A stretch of 64,000 bases of DNA from positions 24,986,001 to 25,050,000 of the forward strand of contig NC_043002.1 of NCBI RefSeq assembly GCF_006345805.1. The letters run 5' to 3'. The stretch's first letter is position 1. Each line of letters opens with the position of its first letter. Both the position numbers and the translations under genes were made by a program. Positions 34,794-44,127 of the stretch are shown here, piece by piece. The notes under the pieces are model-generated. The model was not told the origin of the DNA. It saw nothing but the letters and a program-made list of their open reading frames with translations, and did not search any database. Source of the DNA: Octopus sinensis (Eukaryota).

Positions 34794-37747
34794 TTGGCTA
34801 TAGCTTAGTCACCCGTATAGTTAACCAGGTGATACACGAAGGAGTCATACCCAATGACTGGTGTAGCAGCATAATAGTCAACTAAGAGTTAGCTTAGATG
34901 ATATGCAGTTTGGGTTTGTGCCAGGGAAAAGTACTACTGATGCTATATTCCTGGTAAGACAGCTGCAGGAGAAATACCTAGCCAAAGATAAGCCCTTGTA
35001 CCTGGCTTTTGTTGACTTGGAGAAAGCCTTTGACAGGGTCCCCCGATCCCTTATCTGGTGGTCAATGAGGAAACTAGGGATAGATGAATGGTTAGTGAGA
35101 GCTGTGCGAGCCATGTACAGAGACACTGCTAGTAAGGTGAGGGTTGGCAACGAGTACAGTGAAGAATTCCGGATAGAGGTTGGGGTCCACCAAGGTTCAG
35201 TCCTCAGTCCCCTCCTATTTATCATAGTTCTCCAGGCAATAACGGAGGAATTCAAGACAGGATGCCCCTGGGAGCTCCTCTATGCTGATGACCTTGCTCT
35301 AATTGCTGAGTCACTATCAGAACTGGAGGAGAAGTTTCAGGTGTGGAAACAAGAATTAGAATCGAAGGGCCTTAGAATCAACCTAGCCAAAACCAAAGTC
35401 CTAATAAGTAGGAAGGTGGACCAATCGCAAACGACTTCAGGTGTAGGTAGAAACTCTATAAGGTGCACCAAGTGTAAGCTATGGACACATAAGAGGTGCA
35501 GCAATGTCAAAGGAAGGCTAACTAGGAAAATAATTTTTGTCTGTGGCAGATGCTCAGGAGCAATAAACACTGGAAATGTGCAGAGACCAACTTCTACCAC
35601 GTTCCAGGGAGACAAACTAGAAGTAGTTGATAGCTTCCGCTACCTAGGAGACCAAGTCAGTAGCGGGGTTGGGTGTGCTGAAAGTGTAACTGTTAGAGTA
35701 AGAATAGCCTGGGCAAAGTTTAGAGAGCTCTTACCTCTGCTGGTGACAAAAGGCCTCTCGCTCAGAGTAAAAGGCAGACTGTATGATGCATGTGTACGTA
35801 CAGCCATGCTACATGGTAGTGAAGCATGGGTCGTGACTGCTGAGGATATGCGTAAGCTCGCAAGAAATGAAGCCAGTATGCTCCGATGGATGTGTAATGT
35901 CAGTGTTCATAATCGTCAGAGTGTAAGTACCTTGAGAGAAAAGTTGAACATAAGAAGCGTCAGTTGTGGTGTGCAAGAGAGACGGCTGCGGTGGTATGGT
36001 CATGTGACGAGAATGGCTGAAGATAGTTGTGTGCAAAAGTGCTACACCCTAGCAGTTGAGGGAACCTGTGGAAGAGGTAGACCCAGGAAAACCTGGGACG
36101 AGGTGGTGAAGCACGACCTTCGAACTTTAGGTCTCACCAGGGAAATGACTAGAGACCGAGACCTATGGAAGTATGCTGTGTGTGAGAAGACCCGGCAAGA
36201 CTAGTCAGGCCATAACCCGTGGCCCCTACCTGGGACGTAGTCAGTCCACCTGTGCATAACTTCCTTCTTGTGACACTTGGGAAGACCTGTTGAGGCAAGT
36301 GAAAATCAAAACAAATCAAAATAGATGAACATAAATGGAATTTGGATCTTTGTGGTACCAGTGCCAGTGGCACACAAGAAAACCATCCGAACGTGGCCGT
36401 AGCCAGTACCGCATCGACTGGCCTCCGTGCTGTGGGCACATAACAAACACCATCTGATCATGGCCGTTCGCCAGCCTCATCTGGCACCTGTGTCGGTGGC
36501 ACAAAAAAACACCATCCGAAGACCCGACAAGACTAGTCAGGCCATAACCCGTGGTCCCTACCTGGGACGTAGTCAGTCCACCTGTGCATAACTTCCTTCT
36601 TGTGACACTTGTGAAGACCTGTTGAGGCAAGTGAAAATCAAAACAAATCAAAATAGATGAACATCAATGGAATTTGTATCTTTGTGGTACCAGTGCCGGT
36701 GGCACAAGAAAACCATCCGAACGTGGCCGTAGCCAGTACCGCATCGACTGGCCTCCGTGCTGTGGGCACGTAACAAACACCATCCGATCGTGGCCGTTCG
36801 CCAGCCTCATCTGGCACTTATGTCGGTGGCACATAAAAACACCATCCGAAGACACGGCAAGACTAGTCAGGCCATAACCCGTGACCCCTACCTGGGACGT
36901 AGTCAGTCCACCTGTGCATGCCTTCCTTCTTGTGACACTTGTGAAGACCTGTTGAGGCAAGTGAAAATCAAAACAAATCAAAATAGATGAACATCAATGG
37001 AATTTGTATCGTTGTGGTACCAGTGCCGGTGGCACACAAGAAAACCATCCGAACGTGGCCGTAGCCAGTACCGCATCGACTGGCCTTCATGCTGTGGGCA
37101 CATAACAAGCACCATCCGATCGTGGCCGTTCGCCAGCTTCATCTGGCACCTGCGTCGGTGGCACATAAAAACACCATCCGAAGACCCGGCAAGACTAGTC
37201 AGGCCATAACCCGTGGCCCCTACCTGGGACGTAGTCAGTCCACCTGTGCATACCTTCCTTCTTGTGACACTTGTGAAGACCTGTTGATGCAAGTGAAAAT
37301 CAAATCAAATCAAAACAAATCAAAAGAGATGAACATCAATGGAATTTGTATCTTTGTGGTACCAGTGCCGGTGGCACACAAGAAAACCATCCGAACGTGG
37401 CCGTAGCCAGTACCGCATCGACTGGCCTCCGTGCTGTGGGCACGTAACAAACACCATCCGATCGTGGCCGTTCGCCAGCCTCATCTGGCACCTGTGTCGG
37501 TGGCACATAAAAACACCATCCGAGCGTGGCCGTCTGCCAGCCTCGTCTGGCACCTGTGTCGGTGGCACATAAAATCACCCACCACACTCTCGGAGTGGTT
37601 GGCATTAGGAAGGGCATCCAGCTGTAGAAACACTGCCAGATCTGACTGGCCTGGTGCAGCCTTCGGGCTCCCCAGACCCCAGTTGAACCGTCCAACCCAT
37701 GCTAGCATGGAAAGAGGACGTTAAATGATGATGATGATGATGATGAT
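34794..37747 (+). mobile_element. 5'-truncated RTE LINE (433-aa RT ORF) with four-fold tandem 3' UTR
   Basis: ORF 34903-36204 highly similar to 23070-25109. Repeat units start at 36186, 36518, 36848 and 37180. (GAT)n tail. Confidence 0.95.
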
Positions 37748-37949
37748 TTGTAATTTTACACTTCATAAAGGAAAACTATATTCTAGACAAGAACAACTGG
37801 ATATACTTCAAAAATGTGTTTATTATGAATAATCTAAAGATTGAGATTTTTTTTTAGTATAATATTAATGACAAATTTCCATTTTTTTTTATTGTAATAA
37901 TCATATACTTACTTTTAAAAAAAATTGTTGCTATATTGTTTCTTGACAA

Positions 37950-38076
37950 ATTCTTACTGTTATGATGTTTTATTTGATTGGGTGAGTTGAAGATTGAGAA
38001 CATTGCTTTGTTTAATTTCTAGGTCAGTGCGCACTTTTAGGGTTAGATATATAAAGGGAGATGTTAATATTAGCTG
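37950..38076 (+). pseudogene. nad5: NUMT: nad5 N-terminal part (continues at ~44063-44127)
   Basis: In the invertebrate mitochondrial code it reads LFDWVSWSLSTLLCLISSSVRTFSVSYMKGDVNIS, then after the LTR WFLMMLMLFVLSMN. Confidence 0.8.
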
Positions 38077-38220
38077 TGTAGCGTGGCAGTTTCAGCAATT
38101 GTGAAAAATGACTGTAGCGAGTGCTAATATCTTCACTGTGTGAAAGGCAAGGCAGGAATGATCTCGTTTGAGGTTACAACCATCTTTGGTCAACCTGTCC
38201 TTGTTCTAAACACTAACTTG

Positions 38221-38431
38221 ATTGGCTGACAGGACACGAGTGGTCTCTACGTGTTTCGCGCCACTGGGTGACATGTGACACGAGGGTTCCTACGAAGTCC
38301 GCGCCACTGATTGACACGTGACGCTAATTGTCTCGACTTATTTCGCGCCATAATTGCGAATCAGCCAATCAAGACTTTCGGTTAAAATTCCATTTTCTGG
38401 GGTTCGGTGAGCCAACCAAACAGTATATAAG
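38221..38431 (+). promoter_or_regulatory. Pol II promoter-like cluster in the LTR: 2x E2F-type TTTCGCGCC, CCAAT boxes, E-box, TATA
   Basis: TTTCGCGCC at 38254 and 38341, CCAAT at 38365, ATTGG at 38221, CACGTG at 38315, TATATAAG at 38424. Confidence 0.65.
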
Positions 38432-38651
38432 CAGGATTTCACAGACACTTGGGTCTTGGTTTCCAGTTCTTCTTTGTTGAGAACAGGCTGTTCTTGTATT
38501 CTTGTTCTTCGCTTGTTACCATGACGTACTGACCATTGGACTACCCAACTGCTGACTTTTTCATCATCGTTCGACAGCCAGTGGCTGCAGAAACCTAACA
38601 GGTAGGCAGCACTGTACAACTTCCACCCCCACCTGTGCGAGGAGCCAAATA

Positions 38652-39993
38652 ATGGCAAACTCAGAGAGAGAAATAGCAGAATCTGAAATCTGTGAGCCAA
38701 AACCATCTTCAGACATGGAGTCGGACACGGAAAAAAGAAAACCAGTAGCAAGAAGGATAATAGCAGTACCAAGCCTCGAGGCAGGTGCCGTGAAAGAAAC
38801 ACTAAACTTTGCAGCAGCGGCTGGAGGCAAAAAGAAGGAGATATGCCTAGAAAATTCGGACGCCCTAGAGCAGTACATCACAAGGTCCGGATCAGAGACC
38901 AAAATGATACAACCCAGGGAGACACAGGAGGACGTCGAACGGAGAACTGTGATCTTCAAGACATACAATGTCAAAGAAAGAAAAATTGGGTTCTCCACTG
39001 AAAACCAAGTAGAGAAGTGCCTCGGTCCTGTATGGGATAAAATAAAATTTATTTCCAGAGGGAAAAAATTTTCCACGGTCGAAGTGAGGTTCGGCACAGT
39101 GGAAGAAGCTAGACTCCACTCAGTGGAACCTCTGAAGTCGGATGAGATTTTCCTCCTGCCTATATACATGGGCAGAAGGACCACAAAAGTTACAATCACA
39201 AGAATCCCCCCCCCCCCCGAAATAGAGCCCGAGAGACTGGTGGCAGCCGTAACCTCGGGCCTCAGGGGAAAAATAAATATAATCAGCGCGGTGGTGGAAG
39301 AAGCAAAATTCTGGGTCGGCCAGAAAGTGACTGTCACACTGCAGGCCGAACCAGCCACCTTAGATGAGTTCACCGAGGTGATAGATATCAGTGACAACCG
39401 TCTACCAGTCATGGTGGAAGGTCGCCAACCCAGGTGTTTCCTATGCGGAAAAAAGGGACACATCAGGAAAAACTGTGAACCAGCAGGAATAGGCAAAACA
39501 GTAAAGCCCTCAACCTCTGCCGAAACCTCTGCTACCCCAGCAACAGTAGAACCAACAACGTCAACATCAGAAGAATAAGAAGGGGAGGGATGGACAGCCG
39601 CTGCCTCAAAAAGAAAGCACAGGAATCCATCCCCGGAAAAAGGCAAAACCGAAGGAAGAAAGCGGGACATCAAAAAAGCAAAAAAGACCGGAGAACAACA
39701 ACAACGCTTACGTCGCGATCCGGACAGTTGACAGTGAAGTGATGCGGCGTGTAGAAACACAACACATACAAGAGATAGAGGTGGAAGACCAGCTAAAAAA
39801 GGATCTAATAAAGATCTATAAAATAAATCACAAAGCCTACAATGTGCTGGCGAACAATTTCAGGAAGGATGTGGGCCCTCTGCGGATGGAGGTCTCGAGC
39901 CACCTGTACGAGGGCCTGATCCAGCCGAACCCACGAGACCCGGCCAAGGAGGAGGCGGTTACCCCCCGCCCGGACTCAGAAGGAGCAAGGTAA
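38652..39993 (+). pseudogene. LINE ORF1 (CCHC zinc knuckle), disrupted by a stop at 39576-39578 and a later frameshift
   Basis: CFLCGKKGHIRKNC. The frame continues past the TAA. The C-terminal piece 39739-39993 resembles the ORF1 remnant at 8107-8289. Confidence 0.8.
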
Positions 39994-40000
39994 GTGATTT

Positions 40001-43000
40001 ATGGCTGTTCAAGTAGGTTGTATAAATGTACGTGGCCTGATGACGAACTGGAAACAAGGACGTTTTCTAAATGACATCAGGTCACACAATTTAGATATTG
40101 TTGTAGCTACTGAAACTCGGTTGAAAGGACCAAGAGATCTACTCCCGCTCCTAAATGGCTATGAGAAATATATCTCTCCATGCCGGCAGGGGGGCGGAAG
40201 TGGGGTGTTGGTCCTGCTTAAAAGGAATAGAGTTTCGGAGAAAAAGGTGATTTTTGTTGACCCAGAGGGCAGACTGGTCGTTCTGGATCTGACATTCAGT
40301 TGTGGTAAGGAGGTCAGGCTAGTAGCGGTGTACGCACCCCAAACACAACAGACTGATTTCTTCCGAGGCCTGGAGAAATTTCTAGGGACGTCAAAATCAA
40401 TAGTGATGCTAGGGGACTTTAACGCTATCGTCGATGCGCGTGTCGATAGCGGTGGCTCCAAAAACAATAGGACACCTAACAGTGGCTTCCGGGATCTGCT
40501 GAGTCGTTTCCAGCTAGTAGATCCATACAGACTGGAATTCCCGAACGCTCCACTGTGGACGTGGTCAAATAGCGACGGGTCTTCCAAATCTTATATAAAT
40601 AGAATTCTCGTTAGGAAAGTAGACAAAGATATAGTTAGGTGTCCACTGTTCCACTTGGTCAGCTACAGCGACCACAAGATGGTCACGAGTGAGCTGTACT
40701 TAGATAGCATATGTAGAAGAGGATCCGGTTACTGGAAACTCAATAAATCCCTACTGGTGATGGAGGAGTACAGAAACCGGATTAGGTTACTAATCCAGAG
40801 GGCGTTAACCGGTTCCATTCTCAACAATAAATGGTGGTTAGCGCTCAAGAGAGCCATAAAATACGAGTCCATCAGATATAGCATAGGACTAGGAAAGAAA
40901 AGGCGTAAGAAAGAAGAGGGACTAGCTAAAGCTCTAGAAGAAGCCATAAGGTCTGGCGATGGGACCCTGGTGAAAGCGAAGAGACTGGAATTGAACCAGC
41001 ACCTCGAAGCCAAACACATGGGTTGTATTGTCAAGGCTAGAATCCGCGCAATGGGAAGCGAGGGTACTAAGGCCGCTAGATGGGCACGAGTTGTGGAGGC
41101 TCAACACGGAAATGATTCCACAATTAAGTCTGTGACGAACGAGAAGGATGATGTGGTAAGCGAACCAGAGGAGATGTGTCGGACCTTTCAGGAGCACTTC
41201 GCCCACCTTTTCGGGGGCGGGGGTGGTCCGGATGAGAGGGTAGACCTCACGGGCTTCCTCACCGGATTGCCGCGCCTCTCGGAGTGGGGGGCGGAGTACT
41301 GTGAAGGGTCAATCACGCTTGAGGAAATTACGGAGGCCATAGCTGACTGTGGCAGAGGTAAGGCACCGGGACTCGATGGTTTACCCTACGAATTATATAG
41401 AAGTATGCCAGACTTGTTCGGGCCAATACTGGCCAGCGTCTTCGTGAACTGGAATCAGAATGGGAGGATCCCCAGATCTGTACGCCGGGGAGTGGTGACG
41501 CTGATCAGGAAAGACCCGGGCAAGGGGGACAGAATAGATAATTTTAGGCCCATCACCCTGCTAAACGCAGAGGTGAAGATTTTGGGCAAGGTTTTGGCGA
41601 AAAGGTTGACGCATGTCGCGAAAGATCTGATCGGGGAGGCACAAACCTGTGCAGTCCCCAGAAGAACTATTCAGGACAATCTTCACTTCATACATTACAC
41701 CATAGAAGGGTTTGAGAATAACACTGGCAAGAGTGGGGCATTGGTCCACTTAGACCAGAGTAAAGCATTCGATAGGGTGAACCATCATTACCTGGTGTCT
41801 GTGCTCGCACAGTTCGGGCTGGGTGCCGGCTTCCTCGGGTGGATCACACAGTTATACGACAACATCGACTCGATCGTACGGGTGAATGGTCTGCATTCCA
41901 GGTCATTTCACATCAAACAGTCAGTTCATCAAGGGTGTCCGCTCTCCCCGCTTTTTTATGTGATGGCCCTCGAGCCATTACTGCGAAAGCTGAGCGTCAT
42001 CCCGACGAACCCAGGAGGTGGAGTTTCTGTTACTGCGTATGCGGACGATATCACCATCATCGTGACCAAGGTGGAACTCCTACAGAATGTAGGAAACACC
42101 ATCAAGGAGTACGAGGCGGTGACAGGAGCAAAAATTAACCGGGAAAAGTCAGTCGGCTTGCAACTCGGCACCTGGGTTGGCAAGCCGATGCCTTCGAACA
42201 GCATCGTGGGATGCTGGACGGAGGGTCCGGTTAAATTGCTAGGGGTCTGGTTTGGTCCAGGCCTCCAGATAGAAAAGAACTGGTCTGAGGTCACGAGCAA
42301 GGTGGCTCATGTGGTCAAGACTTGGTCTTGGCGGTGGCTATCCTTGAAAGGAAGGGCGGAGGTGGCTAATGTTTTCATAGCATCAGTCATCATATACCGC
42401 CTAACCGTCGTCCCCTGTCCGGATTCGTGGGTGAACAAGTTGGAGAGGCAAATCTTTCGCTTTTTGTGGAAAGGCTCCAATCCTCTTGTGAGACGTTCTA
42501 TCTGTTGTCAAAAACCGTTAAAGGGTGGGTTAGGGATGCCTTGGCTGTTGATGCGCAGACATGCGCTGAGGTTAAGGCATCTTTGGCTCTACCTGGAAGG
42601 TGAACGGGTGTGGTCCCCGCTCGCAAAACAGACGTTCCCCAGCTTTGCCAGTTTTGGTGGTAGAGAAACCTGGTTTCGTCGCAGACTAAGATCAAGTATG
42701 TGGTATTCGGAGTGCCGGAAGGCTCTCGTACGCTTCCGCAACTCGGGCAATGCCGGTGGCTTTGGTACAACCGCAGCGTTCTATAGCAGGTTGGTAGAGG
42801 CCGGAAATGACGATACCCTGGGAAGGACCCTGGGTCTCAATGGTAATCAGTTGGACAGCCTGTTCCAAAGGACATTCAGACCGGGGACGCTGGATAACTT
42901 CCAGAAATCCCTGGCCTGGCAGTGTTACAGAAGAGCCTTACCCGTTCGAGATAAACTCACAAGGCATGGTCACGGTGGACCTTCGGTCTGCCCAAGATGC

Positions 43001-43390
43001 GGACAGGATGTGGAAACAGTCCTGCACGCCATTGTTAAATGCCCGGAGATTTCGGAAGTGTGGGTTTATGCCGAACACCTGTTGTCGGACGAGGGAAGAG
43101 TACAGCTGTCGTCTGAGTCAATCCTTAAAATTGACCCACCTGGTTTCATGATGAACGAAGGTAAGCATTGCTTTCTCGTGATAGTAGCAGTTGCGAAAGA
43201 GGTTATATGGAAGACTAGAGTGAAAGGTATAATGTCAGACACCATGATCTCTGGCACCGCCCTAACGAACTTCTTCAGGTCCCATCTGAAGAGGAAGGTG
43301 GAGCTAGAGAAAAGGTGTCTGACAAAGTCTATATTCAAGAAAAGATGGATGCATGTAGCACGGATGCTGGGTGTGAAAGGCCCTGCATGA
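40001..43390 (+). CDS. LINE ORF2 (APE endonuclease, reverse transcriptase, C-terminal Zn-binding), 1129 aa, open
   Basis: NVRGL, TETRL, VYAP, GDFN, SDH; GLDGLP, FRPITLL, QSKAFDRV, QGCPLSP, YADD; CPRC..ETVLH. Confidence 0.95.
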   Translation: MAVQVGCINVRGLMTNWKQGRFLNDIRSHNLDIVVATETRLKGPRDLLPLLNGYEKYISPCRQGGGSGVLVLLKRNRVSEKKVIFVDPEGRLVVLDLTFSCGKEVRLVAVYAPQTQQTDFFRGLEKFLGTSKSIVMLGDFNAIVDARVDSGGSKNNRTPNSGFRDLLSRFQLVDPYRLEFPNAPLWTWSNSDGSSKSYINRILVRKVDKDIVRCPLFHLVSYSDHKMVTSELYLDSICRRGSGYWKLNKSLLVMEEYRNRIRLLIQRALTGSILNNKWWLALKRAIKYESIRYSIGLGKKRRKKEEGLAKALEEAIRSGDGTLVKAKRLELNQHLEAKHMGCIVKARIRAMGSEGTKAARWARVVEAQHGNDSTIKSVTNEKDDVVSEPEEMCRTFQEHFAHLFGGGGGPDERVDLTGFLTGLPRLSEWGAEYCEGSITLEEITEAIADCGRGKAPGLDGLPYELYRSMPDLFGPILASVFVNWNQNGRIPRSVRRGVVTLIRKDPGKGDRIDNFRPITLLNAEVKILGKVLAKRLTHVAKDLIGEAQTCAVPRRTIQDNLHFIHYTIEGFENNTGKSGALVHLDQSKAFDRVNHHYLVSVLAQFGLGAGFLGWITQLYDNIDSIVRVNGLHSRSFHIKQSVHQGCPLSPLFYVMALEPLLRKLSVIPTNPGGGVSVTAYADDITIIVTKVELLQNVGNTIKEYEAVTGAKINREKSVGLQLGTWVGKPMPSNSIVGCWTEGPVKLLGVWFGPGLQIEKNWSEVTSKVAHVVKTWSWRWLSLKGRAEVANVFIASVIIYRLTVVPCPDSWVNKLERQIFRFLWKGSNPLVRRSICCQKPLKGGLGMPWLLMRRHALRLRHLWLYLEGERVWSPLAKQTFPSFASFGGRETWFRRRLRSSMWYSECRKALVRFRNSGNAGGFGTTAAFYSRLVEAGNDDTLGRTLGLNGNQLDSLFQRTFRPGTLDNFQKSLAWQCYRRALPVRDKLTRHGHGGPSVCPRCGQDVETVLHAIVKCPEISEVWVYAEHLLSDEGRVQLSSESILKIDPPGFMMNEGKHCFLVIVAVAKEVIWKTRVKGIMSDTMISGTALTNFFRSHLKRKVELEKRCLTKSIFKKRWMHVARMLGVKGPA

Positions 43391-44127
43391 ACACGCCATG
43401 ATCACCTACCAAAAGTTCCAGCTGAAATGACAGGGCTCGTGGGGTCGGCTACCCTGTTCTTTTAACTTCATTTGTCTCTTTTTCTTGTTTGTTCTTATTC
43501 GATTTCATTATAACTCCATTGTAAATAACCCATCCGATTTCATTGTAAAAAGTTCCATGTTTTGACCCCAAATCATTGTATTGTCCCCATCTGTGTTAAT
43601 CCTTATGGATAATAAAGAAATTCTTGGTTTCCAGTTCTTCTAAGAGCTAACTTAGACCCCTGCGGCTCAACTTACAGATATGCGATTGTCTCTGCTACTA
43701 CCTGTTGCTACGCTAATCTATACAACTACTGAAAGCCTCTCGAGTAGATCCAGCATCTTGTCCTATGAACGGTAAACTAAATGCCATTGTTAATTCTATG
43801 TTCAGTACCTTTGGGTATGCTTCACGCCACCCGAACACACAGACACAAAACGTGCTAACGCTTACGAACTCTTAAAATCCACATGATTATAAAATATGTA
43901 AAATAAATAATATTTATCTACCAACAGAAGACTTGTGTCAATTCACTTATGTCCTATCGTCGTTATATGTATTTTATGGCTTTTGAATAATTCGTTAAGA
44001 GTAGAACCGCGTGCAATCGTATTTCCTACACGATACGACCAAGTGTGATCCTATTTCTTACAGCTGATTTCTAATGATATTAATGTTATTTGTTTTGTCT
44101 ATGAATTTAGGGTTAGGGTTTTTATTC

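Larger units (their letters stand above)
38474..43621 (+). mobile_element. Full-length Tx1/L1-clade LINE, 20-bp TSD tcttggtttccagttcttct
   Basis: TSD at 38454-38473 and 43622-43641. 178-nt 5' UTR, ORF1, ORF2, and 3' UTR ending aataaagaaa. Confidence 0.97.
38077..44062 (+). mobile_element. Solo LTR (~818 bp: 38077-38473 plus 43642-44062) interrupted by a LINE
   Basis: TGTA...TACA termini, 4-bp TSD gctg (38073-76 and 44063-66). nad5 reading resumes across the reconstructed empty site. Confidence 0.75.

Noticed and set aside
38564-39760. 398-aa antisense ORF over LINE ORF1, and similar antisense ORFs over RTE/Tx1 copies
   Set aside because: Expected shadow frames of purine-rich coding strands, with no recognisable motifs.
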